NCBI GenBank assembly: GCA_016194445.1
Contig: JACQBP010000040.1
Span: forward strand, 20,402-84,401
Direction of reading: 5' to 3'
DNA: 64,000 bases
From: Candidatus Liptonbacteria bacterium
GTDB taxonomy: Bacteria > Patescibacteriota > Minisyncoccia > UBA6257 > 2-01-FULL-56-20
The position numbers and the translations under genes are program-made. Shown here piece after piece: positions 1 through 9,081 of the stretch. A model generated the notes under the pieces. It did no database searches, was not told where the DNA came from, and saw only the letters and a program-made list of their open reading frames with translations. The stretch's first letter is position 1, and each line of letters starts with the position of its first letter.

Positions 1-57
1 CGTTGTTGGAATAAAAATACAGATCAACTCAAAGATTTATCGAGTCGAATAAAAAAG

Positions 58-930
58 ATGAAAGAACACCTACCTGGATTGGCTGGGGTGTTTTTGATAA
101 TCAATAATGAGGGCGAGAAAGGTAATGCAACCGAAGAGAGTCTTGAGTTGGCGGGTGGAGAAGCAAGCTTTGGCGTACCCATAGTTCCTTTCAGAGTGGA
201 AAATTACACTTGGACAGCAGGTCTCAACTCGGGAGTGGCCTTGTTGAATGAAATCTCGAAGGAAAAGGGGTTAGATGAGAATAAGATTAGGGTGGTTAAT
301 ATGTCTTTTGACACCGACCTTACTGAAGACGAACTCGACAAATTGAATAAGGAGATAGAAGCACAAAGATTTGTTTTTACAGAAAGAGAGACGGGCGACG
401 GAAAACCTCCGATAAGTGAAAGGGGTGGTAAATTGTGGGAAAAGTTCGTAGCCTTACTAAGGAAACCGGAGGAGGCTAATTTGGCGGAGATTTCTTACGC
501 CATGCGAAATACTTTCAACGTGATTAAACTATCGGACGTAGTAGAAATGGGCGGATTCAACCCGGTTTGTAATGGAGTACACGGATCGGACGATCGAAAA
601 TCAAAGAAATCGATATTAAAATCCGTCGATTTTCCTGTCCCCGGAGAGGATCCAAGAGAATATATAAAGGGTATGGAAGATGCCGAATTCTTCATGCGGT
701 TAATTCTAAAAGCCCTACAAGAAGGAGGAGTAAGAACCCTAAAAGACATAAGGGAATCTTTCGACGATCCTGTCGTATATGAGGATAGAAGTTGGACACG
801 TTTTCAAGAGACCGAACGAGTAAACAAAATTATAAACGACATGATCAGTGCGGGTCTTATTTTTCAAGGAAAGGTTACGGATAAATATGTTTTGCCGGAA
901 AGCGAACAGGACTTCAGAATAAGTAGATAG
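58..930 (+). CDS. hypothetical protein (290 aa), no recognisable domain
   Basis: Intact ATG-to-stop ORF with coding-like composition; no catalytic motif I recognise; sits alone upstream of a degraded region. Confidence 0.45.
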   Translation: MKEHLPGLAGVFLIINNEGEKGNATEESLELAGGEASFGVPIVPFRVENYTWTAGLNSGVALLNEISKEKGLDENKIRVVNMSFDTDLTEDELDKLNKEIEAQRFVFTERETGDGKPPISERGGKLWEKFVALLRKPEEANLAEISYAMRNTFNVIKLSDVVEMGGFNPVCNGVHGSDDRKSKKSILKSVDFPVPGEDPREYIKGMEDAEFFMRLILKALQEGGVRTLKDIRESFDDPVVYEDRSWTRFQETERVNKIINDMISAGLIFQGKVTDKYVLPESEQDFRISR

Positions 931-1239
931 TTAGGGGAGTATATCTGAAAACTATATTCGTCCTCGATCCTCTAATTGTCTGACTTTTTGGGGTTATTTT
1001 TTAGACTGCACTTTTAGTTTTCAAGACTTTGGAATAAATCGCTGGGTGGCTTTGACAAATTGGGTATGAAGTTTTAATATGTAGGCAGTTTTTGAAAGCC
1101 GCTCTTTGACATAAGCAACCCCCACACCAAACGAGAAAAACCACTAAAACAGAGAGGAGAAGTTTCTTGTTTGGTGTGGGGGTCAATAAACGAATCAGAA
1201 CGATAAACGAGATAGGGATGGAAGAAGGAGGAGGAAGGT

Positions 1240-1599
1240 ATGGAAGTGGGAATGATGGATTTTATCGAGGAAGTCCGAAGGGAATTTGTAAGTCTGATTC
1301 CTCTGTATCTTAGGACAACTCACAGCAACCGCGATGACAAGATCAAATCGGATGGAACGCCAGTTGGCAACATTGACGTCTACGCAGGGGACCGCTTGAG
1401 GAGTTTGATCCTCCGCAGATTCCCGAGTGACGTCATTATTGCCGAGGAAGACGAGAAAAGCCCAGAAGAGGTGGCGAGAATTCTCGCCGATAAGACAACG
1501 CGGCAGGGTAGTGCTGATGGGCTTGATGGTACTGGAAACAGAGGGATGCGTCTGCTTTCTTATGGCGCGATGCTCTCGCTTCGCCATCGGGCTACGTAG
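1240..1599 (+). pseudogene. inositol monophosphatase/CysQ-family gene fragment (N-terminal about 120 aa only)
   Basis: Translation KSDGTPVGNIDVYAGDRLRSLILRRFPSDVIIAEEDE...DGLDGTGNRG matches the IMPase/CysQ family (K.D.SPVT.AD...FP...I.EE... then DP.DGT). ORF stops after 119 aa; downstream frames are not IMPase-like. Region is GC-rich relative to the window and has ORFs on both strands. Confidence 0.35.
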
Positions 1600-1765
1600 G
1601 CGCGACACAAGATGCGGGGTCGCGCTTGGGAACTTCGGGGTCGTTACGAGCCCATCGTGCTTCAGCACTTACGGCTCGACACGGGACCGAAACACACGTC
1701 AGAGCAATCAGCAGAGGAAGCGCTCGCCTACATCCTCTCGTGATTCGTTTCTGTTTCGAACACGT

Positions 1766-1804
1766 AACCGCCTTGGTGTAATTTGCCGGGGCGGTTTTTC
1801 TTTT
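1766..1804 (+). terminator. rho-independent terminator-like hairpin (aaccgcc...ggcggtt) followed by TTTTTCTTTT
   Basis: 7-bp GC-rich stem at 1766-1772/1790-1796, then a T-tract; contains the 14-mer GCGGTTTTTCTTTT that recurs at 2383 and 3104. Confidence 0.4.
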
Positions 1805-1824
1805 GCCTATAAGTTCGAGTGATT

Positions 1825-2043
1825 TTACGCGCCAATCGAGATAGGGAGTCTCCGGTTACTGACGGCTGACTTAAACTCTTTGGGGAATTTTTTGGAAGCG
1901 TCAAGAATTTCCAGACCAACAATTTTGCCTTTCTTGTCATAATCCAAAATAATACCTTCGCTCACCTCAACGCTTTCAGCGTAAAGATTTTCGTTGAAAC
2001 GAAGGTAGAGAGCATCTTCGGATTTGTCGTAATGGAGGCGCAT
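1825..2043 (-). CDS. DUF2283-family small protein (putative antitoxin partner of DUF4258)
   Basis: 72 aa; MRLHYDKSEDALYLRF...GKIVGLEILDASK matches the DUF2283 pattern (M.I.YD.E.DALYI....G.EIL.AS); immediately downstream of a DUF4258 ORF with a 4-nt gap. Confidence 0.55.
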   Translation of the reverse strand: MRLHYDKSEDALYLRFNENLYAESVEVSEGIILDYDKKGKIVGLEILDASKKFPKEFKSAVSNRRLPISIGA

Positions 2044-2047
2044 GGAT

Positions 2048-2296
2048 TTAAAAGTATTTTTTGATTTTTGAGGTCAAGAAAACGGTAATGACTTTTTGAT
2101 AATTTTTAGTTTCTTCGTAAATAACAACCAGAAGATATTTTTTATTATGGTAGGTGATCTTTTTTAAAGCTTGTTTTCTTAGGTTGGATTGAGTTTTAAC
2201 TTTGTCTGGCTTAGCTACGACATCTAGAACAACCTGGCTACTGATATTCCTTTCATTGATTTGATAACGAGCATGGCTACTAAAGATAACATCCAT
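2048..2296 (-). CDS. DUF4258-family small protein (putative toxin of DUF4258/DUF2283 pair)
   Basis: 82 aa; N-terminus FSSHARYQINERNIS matches the DUF4258 motif (HA..RM.ERGI); tightly paired with a DUF2283 gene. Confidence 0.55.
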   Translation of the reverse strand: MDVIFSSHARYQINERNISSQVVLDVVAKPDKVKTQSNLRKQALKKITYHNKKYLLVVIYEETKNYQKVITVFLTSKIKKYF

Positions 2297-2469
2297 TACT
2301 TAAATATGATATTCCTCTTGCGAAAGTTAGTCAATCAAATAGGAGTGGAAAACATGAATCGCCCCTAGTTGCAACTGGTGGCGGTTTTTCTTTTCTGGGT
2401 AGTAGTCCCGCCGAGCGGGATCACTACTCGCTTTTGACAGAGAGAAGATAAAATTTTATCATTTGGCCA

Positions 2470-3054
2470 TTGCTAAAAAATAAGGAGTATATGCGAGAAC
2501 TAAAAAGCAAGACAATCATCGTGATCTGCGGAGTGGTGCTTTCGGGAAAATCCACGATCGCGCGGGAAGTTTCTAAAGAATTAGGGATTCGGCACTTGGA
2601 TGTTGATAACGATATTCGATTCCCGATTTTTGGAAAACCCGAACAAGGCGCGGATTTGTCGCCGGAAGGAAAAGAGCAGGAACGTTTAGAGATGCTCTCT
2701 TCGTATAAAGTTTTTTTGGCGGCCGCCGACGAATTGATTACGCTCGGCCGATCAGTAATTTTGACAGCGACTTTTTCACGAGAGATTTATTGGGAGATGA
2801 TCCGCGAAGTGATGGCAAAGCATCCGGACGCAAGTTTAAAGGTGGTTCAGTGTTAGATCAAAGACGATAGCGAGGAAGAAATTTGGCGGCGGATTCGAGA
2901 ACGAGGCGTTCACACCGTAAACTCTCCCACTCAATATCGTGAAGCAAAAAATCGATATATAAAACTACCGATTGATCACGCAGTAGTGGATACGTCTGGC
3001 CGCGAAGATTTCGAAAATAAAACGAATCGGGTGATTGAGTACGTCCTCGCTTAA
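2470..3054 (+). pseudogene. P-loop NTPase/kinase (AAA_33-like) interrupted by an in-frame TAG at 2854-2856
   Basis: Walker A GVVLSGKST near the N-terminus. The frame continues directly after the TAG for 65 more codons to TAA at 3052-3054, giving about 194 aa, the normal size for this kinase family. Confidence 0.5.
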
Positions 3055-3103
3055 CACTTCTTTTTTTGTGGCGAATGAAGCTGCTTTTAGTATCAATTGA
3101 GAG

Positions 3104-3117
3104 CGGTTTTTCTTTTA
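3104..3117 (+). terminator. third copy of the GCGGTTTTTCTTTT motif, at the convergent junction of the kinase gene and hddC
   Basis: Exact 14-mer shared with 1789-1802 and 2383-2396; T-rich tail; preceding stem is weak. Confidence 0.3.
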
Positions 3118-3936
3118 CTTCAAATTTTTAAGGTAATTTTCGACAAAATGGTAGCGGTCGACAGTGCCGATGTCTTTGCGCCACTCCCCGGCTTGAAGTT
3201 GGTAGGCATAGTATTTGAAACCCTTGCTTAAAAGATCGGGTACTAAATTGTGATCTATCTCGTAATATTTATTTTTGGGGATATATTCCAGAATTTTTTT
3301 TGAGAAAAGATAGGGCGCGGACATGCCGTAAAAACGCGGAATGGCGCGGACTGGCACCTGCTGGCGGTCGCTGATCGACGCGGATCCCGATTCTTTTTTT
3401 TCTGATCTGATAAGGCGATCGAGCAGATCTTGGCTATGGGGTTTGATTAAAAATTCTTTGACTTCATGGTTTTCTCCGACGATGGCTAAATCGGAATCTT
3501 CGGGATGGTCCGTCTTTCGAACTGTGCCGACTCCAATGGCGTCTTTTTTTGAGAAATACAAATTTTTAAGCTCAGAGTAATCAAGTTGATAAAAAGTATC
3601 GCCATAAAGAACGAAAAAATAATCGCCAAGAGAGTCTTCGAAATCTTTGATGCCGCCGGCCGTACCTAAAATTTCGGGCTGTTCCAGAAAATAATTTATT
3701 TTGACGCCGAACTTTGAGCCATCGCCGAAATGCTCGGTGATGACATCCGGCAAGTAGTGAAGATTGATAAAAAATTCACTGATGCCATGTTTCTTAAGCG
3801 CTTCAATATGCCACTCGAGGAGCGGTTTGCCTTCCAGGGGCACCATGACTTTGGGGATCTTGCCTTGAGTGATTTCTTGGAGCCGAGTGCCCAAGCCAGC
3901 GGAGAGGATGATGGCTTGATGGATGATTTTAGTCAT
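3115..3936 (-). CDS. hddC: sugar-1-phosphate nucleotidyltransferase, likely D-glycero-alpha-D-manno-heptose 1-phosphate guanylyltransferase
   Basis: N-terminal ILSAGLGTRL pyrophosphorylase motif and GTAGG; 273 aa; operonic with gmhB, gmhA and a GHMP heptose kinase. The symbol is inferred from context. Confidence 0.55.
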   Translation of the reverse strand: MTKIIHQAIILSAGLGTRLQEITQGKIPKVMVPLEGKPLLEWHIEALKKHGISEFFINLHYLPDVITEHFGDGSKFGVKINYFLEQPEILGTAGGIKDFEDSLGDYFFVLYGDTFYQLDYSELKNLYFSKKDAIGVGTVRKTDHPEDSDLAIVGENHEVKEFLIKPHSQDLLDRLIRSEKKESGSASISDRQQVPVRAIPRFYGMSAPYLFSKKILEYIPKNKYYEIDHNLVPDLLSKGFKYYAYQLQAGEWRKDIGTVDRYHFVENYLKNLK

Positions 3937-3939
3937 AAG

Positions 3940-4515
3940 TTATTGATTACTCGTGATGCGCTTGATGATTTTGATGGCTCCCTGAAGATTTTGGGTAGTG
4001 AAATCGGGTTTTATTTTATAATAATTGTCTTTGCCGGCGTAGCCGGTTTTAACTAAAATAGTTTTAAGTTTGGCATTTTTACCGGTCAAGATGTCGCGGG
4101 TGTGGTCACCAATCATAAAGCTTTTTTTGAGGTTAATTTTATATTTTTTGGCGGCTTTCAAAATCATTCCGATATTAGGTTTGCGACAATGGCATTTTAC
4201 CCGATATTTTTTTAAGTTGGCGTTGGGGTGATGGGGGCAGTAGTAGATCGCGTCAATTTTCGCCCCTTTTCTAGCCAGGCGGCTAATTAAAACGGCGTGG
4301 ATTTTATCAACTTCTTTTTCGGTAAGCCAACCGCGGGCGATGACTGGTTGGTTCGTAATCACGATGACGAGAAACCCCAGACGGTTGATTTTTTTGATGG
4401 CTTCAGCGGCGCGGGGTAAAATTTTTAGCTGTTTTAAGTCGCGGAGGACATCGACTTCGCGGTTAATGGTGCCGTCGCGATCTAAGAAAACGGCTGGATG
4501 ATGACTCATAAACAA
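3940..4515 (-). CDS. gmhB: HAD-family D,D-heptose 1,7-bisphosphate phosphatase
   Basis: VFLDRDGTIN HAD motif I, later GD..TD; 191 aa typical GmhB size; heptose operon context. Confidence 0.6.
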   Translation of the reverse strand: MFMSHHPAVFLDRDGTINREVDVLRDLKQLKILPRAAEAIKKINRLGFLVIVITNQPVIARGWLTEKEVDKIHAVLISRLARKGAKIDAIYYCPHHPNANLKKYRVKCHCRKPNIGMILKAAKKYKINLKKSFMIGDHTRDILTGKNAKLKTILVKTGYAGKDNYYKIKPDFTTQNLQGAIKIIKRITSNQ

Positions 4516-4563
4516 ATGACTAATAACTTAGGACGGATGACGAAGGATGAGAAATTAATGAAT

Positions 4564-5172
4564 TTATGATTTTGATACAAGATGATCGAAATAGTCTTTG
4601 AAGTATTTAATGATGAGGTGAAGAATTACACCATGTACTCCTTCGACAACAAAATAATTTCCTCCTTTCGTAGGAACATGAAGTTTCGCATCTGACAACT
4701 GATTTAAAGTGTTGGTATTTTCAAAACCGGATAAACCGATAACTGGTACCTTACGTTTCTTGGCAAGCTCAACTGCTTTTACAATATTGGCTGAATTGCC
4801 AGAACTTGAAATTGCAATGATCGCGTCCGCGTCCTGTAAATAGTTTTGAAGAGGGCCGGCGAAGACCATGTCGAATCCCACATCGTTCGCCCAAGCAGTT
4901 AACTCTTCCTCGGTGGTTGGCAGGCGGATGGCTTGAAACCGACGGTGGTGTTTGTCGAGCTCATGACCAGTATGGCCAAAAACGGTTTTATTAAAATCGC
5001 AGACCCAATGAGTGGCGAGAGCAAGGGAACCGCCATTACCAAAAACATAAATGCGGCCGTCGCGTTCATAGGCGGCTTCTAGAATATTTAAAGCTTTGGC
5101 AATTTCTAGGTTAGGCAAGTTTTTAAGCGCGCTTTCTGTTTCCGATACAAATTCTTTTATGTAGCTTTCCAT
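4564..5172 (-). CDS. gmhA: SIS-domain phosphoheptose (sedoheptulose-7-phosphate) isomerase
   Basis: GNGGSLALATHWVCDF matches the GmhA signature GNGGSAADAQHFAAE; 202 aa. Confidence 0.6.
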   Translation of the reverse strand: MESYIKEFVSETESALKNLPNLEIAKALNILEAAYERDGRIYVFGNGGSLALATHWVCDFNKTVFGHTGHELDKHHRRFQAIRLPTTEEELTAWANDVGFDMVFAGPLQNYLQDADAIIAISSSGNSANIVKAVELAKKRKVPVIGLSGFENTNTLNQLSDAKLHVPTKGGNYFVVEGVHGVILHLIIKYFKDYFDHLVSKS

Positions 5173-5177
5173 ATTAT

Positions 5178-6200
5178 TTACACGAAATTTTTATGATAAT
5201 GATCGCCATTATATAGGATTTCCGCCCCGCTTTGGACAAACTTGACTGGGATTTCTCTAAATTCATTTAAACTTTTTTCGGTGGCTACTTTTTTAACTGA
5301 TTCAAGGATGGCATTTTTTTTATCTAAAGGACAGATGAATAAAACACAACCGCCGCCGCCGGCGCCTAAGATTTTACCGCCCCAGGCGCCAGCGCTCACG
5401 CCAGCGTTATAAAGATCGTCGATAGTGGAGTTAGAAACATTCGACGCGAGACTTTTCTTTTTTAACCAACCTTGATGAAGCATGGCGCCGAGCCCCCGGA
5501 TGTCACCGGAGATGATTCTGTCCGCAAAATCAGAGACGGAGTCGGCCATTTCAGAAAGAGTTTGGAAGTTGTCATTAGTATTAGCTTTTTGCTCAGTCAA
5601 GACAGAAGAAGCATCGCGAGTGATACCGGTATAGAAAATTAAGAGACTATCTTCGAGTAAAAGACGTTTTTTGTAATCGATCAAAAGCGGAGAGACATCG
5701 ACAGATTCATCGGGATTGAATTGAAGAATGTTGAAACCACCGAAAGAGGCGGCGTACTGATCCTGTTTGCCGATGGGTTCACCCAAGAGATTAATTTCTA
5801 AGTGACTGGCCGCTTCGGCCGCTTCGCGCTGGTCAATCTTTATACCTTGAAAGGCGTTTAGAACTTTAATTAAAGCCACAGAAAAGCTGGAAGAGGATCC
5901 GAAGCCGGTTTTGGCGGGCATACTGGCGAAAGAAGAAATTTCTATATTCTTTTTTATATTTAAATTCGAGAGGGCGGCTTTGATGCGGGTGTGTTTTAAA
6001 TCTTCTAACTGGTCGACAGATTCAGTGATGGAATAGCGGGCGGTAACTTTGTCGATCATGGGAGTGCGGTTAACGACCACGTAGACAAATTTGTCGATGG
6101 CAGTTGAAATCACCCGGCCCGGGCGGCGGTGATAAAAATCGGGGAGGTCAGTGCCACCCCCAACAAAGCTGATGCGTAAGGGTGCTCGAACTACAATCAT
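5178..6200 (-). CDS. hddA: GHMP-family sugar kinase, likely D-glycero-alpha-D-manno-heptose 7-phosphate kinase
   Basis: N-terminal APLRISFVGGGTDLPDFY and a GHMP ATP-binding G/S-rich motif (GFGSSSS); 340 aa; next to gmhA and gmhB. Confidence 0.55.
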   Translation of the reverse strand: MIVVRAPLRISFVGGGTDLPDFYHRRPGRVISTAIDKFVYVVVNRTPMIDKVTARYSITESVDQLEDLKHTRIKAALSNLNIKKNIEISSFASMPAKTGFGSSSSFSVALIKVLNAFQGIKIDQREAAEAASHLEINLLGEPIGKQDQYAASFGGFNILQFNPDESVDVSPLLIDYKKRLLLEDSLLIFYTGITRDASSVLTEQKANTNDNFQTLSEMADSVSDFADRIISGDIRGLGAMLHQGWLKKKSLASNVSNSTIDDLYNAGVSAGAWGGKILGAGGGGCVLFICPLDKKNAILESVKKVATEKSLNEFREIPVKFVQSGAEILYNGDHYHKNFV

Positions 6201-6259
6201 GAGTTTTAGAGTAAGACATTAAGCCAAGGATGTCAAAAGACGATGACTGGTTCGAAGGG

Positions 6260-7375
6260 TTAGTTTTTGATACCAAGCTTGAGGCGCTTAAGATACTTTA
6301 AGTTAAGTTGCTTGGTGAATTTTTCTTTTTGAAACCATTCAACGTAACTTTTGATTGAATCTTCAGTGGAGAATTTTGGCCGCCAGCCGAGTTTCTTAAT
6401 TTTAGAAATGTCGGAGATTGCTTCTCTTGTGTCGGTGCGCCGGAAACCCGAGATTAGAATAGGGGAGGTGGCGCCGGTGATTTTTTTGACGAGGTTAGCA
6501 AAGTCGAGCACTTTCCAGGCGCGGCCGCCACCGACATTATAAATTTCAAAATCAGTTTTTTTGTTATTGAGCGCTAAAAGATTGGCGCGAACAACGTCGC
6601 GAATATTTACAAAATCTCTGGTTTGCTCGCCATCTTCGTAGACAGTAATGGGGACACCGGCGAGACTCTGACTGACAAAAATGCGGATGGCGCCAGAGTA
6701 TAGATTGAAGGGCGACTGGCGAGGACCTTGGACAATCGAGTAGCGAAGAATCGTGGTGGGAATGCTATAAGTTTTTCCGAGGCGCAAACCCAGGTTTTCC
6801 ATGGCCTGCTTGGAGAGGCCGTAGGAGTTGGTAGGCATCAATTTCTGATTTTCTTTGAAGGGGTGGAAGTTGGCTCGAGAGCCGTGAGGACATTTGATGG
6901 ACCAGTCTTTTTTTTGGAATTGTTTTAAGGGTCGGACTTCTGGGAAAAAAGTTTGCTGGGAATGAGGGCAAGAATACTCGCCGTCGCCGTAGATGAATTG
7001 GGTGCTAGCCAAAATAATTTTTTTGACCGGCAGTTTTTTGGCGGCGATGATTTCATAGAGAAGAGCGGAGCTCAAAACATTAGTTTCGAAAAATTTGGAA
7101 AAGTCGGGACGTTGATCTTGGTAGGCGGCGATGTGGTAGACGTAACTTACACCCCGCAGAGACCGCTCGATAGTTTTTTTGTTTCGAATATCGCCTTTGA
7201 TTAGTTCATAACTTTTATTTTGGACGTATTTAGGCCACCGATGGTTTTGGTGAATGGGAGGTTCGAGCGAATCAAGGATTTTTACTTTGTACCCTTTCCC
7301 CAATAAAGCATCGCCGGTATGACTACCGATAAAACCAGCGCCACCTGTTATAAGAACGGTTGCTTTCTTAGCCAT
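6260..7375 (-). CDS. NAD-dependent epimerase/dehydratase (extended SDR), possibly acting on GDP-heptose
   Basis: TGGAGFIGSH Rossmann motif; 371 aa, with an insert containing CPHGSRANFHPF. Confidence 0.6.
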   Translation of the reverse strand: MAKKATVLITGGAGFIGSHTGDALLGKGYKVKILDSLEPPIHQNHRWPKYVQNKSYELIKGDIRNKKTIERSLRGVSYVYHIAAYQDQRPDFSKFFETNVLSSALLYEIIAAKKLPVKKIILASTQFIYGDGEYSCPHSQQTFFPEVRPLKQFQKKDWSIKCPHGSRANFHPFKENQKLMPTNSYGLSKQAMENLGLRLGKTYSIPTTILRYSIVQGPRQSPFNLYSGAIRIFVSQSLAGVPITVYEDGEQTRDFVNIRDVVRANLLALNNKKTDFEIYNVGGGRAWKVLDFANLVKKITGATSPILISGFRRTDTREAISDISKIKKLGWRPKFSTEDSIKSYVEWFQKEKFTKQLNLKYLKRLKLGIKN

Positions 7376-8111
7376 TACTAATCTTCACCACTTTTTTTAG
7401 ATCTTCCATCCAAACTCGAAGAATATCTTGATTTTCTTTTTCTTTGCCGATTAAATAGGATGAGAGAATTTCTTCAGCGACTTTTAGCTCACTAACATCT
7501 TGACTCGTTTTTCTGGCCACGCAGAGAATATTAGGGATGACGTTGATACCGATAGCGTCCTTGATCGCAGAGGGGGTGAGTTTGGCTATGGCATCGAAGA
7601 TGGTGTTTAATTGGTAATCGACGCGTTTAGCCAGGTTGTTTCTCATCTTCACGATCTTAACTACTTCAAAACCCAGTTTTCCTAAAATGGAGCGGTACTT
7701 CTCTTCGAACCAACCGTCGTAATGGATGGCCCACGCGGCTTCGTTCGAACCGAAAATGTGGCGCAGATAGAGGCCTTTTTTTTTAAAAGGAGCATTCAAA
7801 AAATCTCTGGAAGATTCTTCAAAATCGGGAGTTTCGATCACTAATAATCCTCCGATTTTTAGCCAACGGCGCCAATTGATAAGCAAGGCTAAGGCTTCGG
7901 TTCTGGGAAAATGTTCGAGGACATGGTGGTGACGAATTTCGTCGACGGTACCTTCGGGATAAACGAGGGATCTTATTTCGGTGTATTGATCGGCTTGAAT
8001 ATTAACGATGGAGTGTTGGGCCTGGGGATAGTCGATATTAAAATAACCTTTTAAATAGATTTCCCCACAACCGAGGTGAAGGCGCAGAGGTTTGGGTTCT
8101 TGGTGATTCAT
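7368..8111 (-). CDS. class I SAM-dependent methyltransferase (type 11-like)
   Basis: LHLGCGEIYLKGYFNID and HHVLEHF motifs; 4-nt overlap with the upstream gene. Confidence 0.5.
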   Translation of the reverse strand: MNHQEPKPLRLHLGCGEIYLKGYFNIDYPQAQHSIVNIQADQYTEIRSLVYPEGTVDEIRHHHVLEHFPRTEALALLINWRRWLKIGGLLVIETPDFEESSRDFLNAPFKKKGLYLRHIFGSNEAAWAIHYDGWFEEKYRSILGKLGFEVVKIVKMRNNLAKRVDYQLNTIFDAIAKLTPSAIKDAIGINVIPNILCVARKTSQDVSELKVAEEILSSYLIGKEKENQDILRVWMEDLKKVVKISNG

Positions 8112-8125
8112 GGATGCTTAGAAAA

Positions 8126-9070
8126 TTAGGGGCTGCTTCTTTTGGATCTTTCTCTTGAATGATACCACGAAACAGCTAGGACGTGCCCTTTGTGATAGAA
8201 ACGATTCGGCAGGAAAGATAAGAGATATTGGAGCCAGGTTCTGGGATGGAATGACTTGACTGCTAAAGCTTTTTTTAGATACTCTCTTGCTTCTTTAGGA
8301 CGCGCTAAGCGAATTAGTTTTCCGGCGATGATTTGGAGAAATAAAAGATGGACGCGGGGGTGGCTCGTGATGAAGGAATGGTGTTTTTTATAAACTGTGA
8401 GTTCGGTATTCAGGTAATCCTCGAGGCGATAACTTAAACGGTAGCCTTGGTGAACATAGATATTAACTAGTGGTTTTTTCACGTAGTCAAAATAAAATTC
8501 TTTCGAAAGCCGCAGAAACATTTCGTAATCTTCTCCAGTGGTCACGTTTTCATCATAGGAGCCAACCTTTATAACGGCACTCTTTCTTAATAGAGGATTG
8601 GAAGCGGAACCAGTTAAGGTATCCCGGTGGCTAATTACATAGTTATAGACATGGCCTCTAAGTTTAGGGAAGATGGTTTCGAAAATTTTGCCGGACTCGG
8701 CGGTGATGTGAAAATAGGCGCCGTAGACTAATCCGGTTTTCCCAATTTTATCTTCCTTGAAAATTTGGTATTGATCCTCGAGTTTATTCGGCAACCATTC
8801 GTCGTCGTCATCGAGGAAGGCTAGGAATTCGCCGCGGGATTCTCTGACGCCTAAATTGCGAGCCCAGGAAATGTTCCCGGGGGCGTGACGAATATAGTAG
8901 ATTCTTGGATCATTGAATTCTTTAACGACATCGGCGGTATTATCCGAAGAACTGTTATCGAGAATTAAAAGTTCAAATTCAGTGAAGGTCTGACCAAGGA
9001 CGCTTGAAATGGCTCGGTGGAGCATTAAGGCTCTGTTCCAGGTGGTGATAATGGCTGAAATTTTAGGCAT
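8126..9070 (-). CDS. family 2 glycosyltransferase
   Basis: ISAIITTWNR...LDNSSSD...DDDDEW: GT-A fold DxD architecture. Confidence 0.6.
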   Translation of the reverse strand: MPKISAIITTWNRALMLHRAISSVLGQTFTEFELLILDNSSSDNTADVVKEFNDPRIYYIRHAPGNISWARNLGVRESRGEFLAFLDDDDEWLPNKLEDQYQIFKEDKIGKTGLVYGAYFHITAESGKIFETIFPKLRGHVYNYVISHRDTLTGSASNPLLRKSAVIKVGSYDENVTTGEDYEMFLRLSKEFYFDYVKKPLVNIYVHQGYRLSYRLEDYLNTELTVYKKHHSFITSHPRVHLLFLQIIAGKLIRLARPKEAREYLKKALAVKSFHPRTWLQYLLSFLPNRFYHKGHVLAVSWYHSRERSKRSSP

Positions 9071-9081
9071 AATGGTTCTAA

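Noticed and set aside
1195-1822. Long overlapping ORFs 1195..1668 (-) and 1427..1822 (+) as real genes, or the region as tmRNA/SRP RNA
   Set aside because: They overlap the IMPase-like frame, which has clear family motifs. Their translations are low-complexity, Arg/Ser-rich and typical of out-of-frame GC-rich DNA. No tRNA-like T-arm, tag-peptide reading frame ending in (A)LAA, or SRP domain-IV motif was found.
2854-2856. Global reassignment of TAG (or another stop) as a sense codon, as in some CPR lineages and phages
   Set aside because: Every large conserved gene in the window is intact without internal stops under the standard code; only this one gene has an in-frame TAG.
3341-3580. Numerous 60-150 aa ORFs antisense to or nested in large genes (e.g. 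3341..3580, 6351..6542, 9439..9645, 15485..15970, 18439..18897, 20639..21112, 35565..35774, 43942..44206, 54785..55108)
   Set aside because: They lie entirely inside well-supported longer genes on the opposite strand or in alternative frames, with no motifs. Judged to be shadow ORFs.
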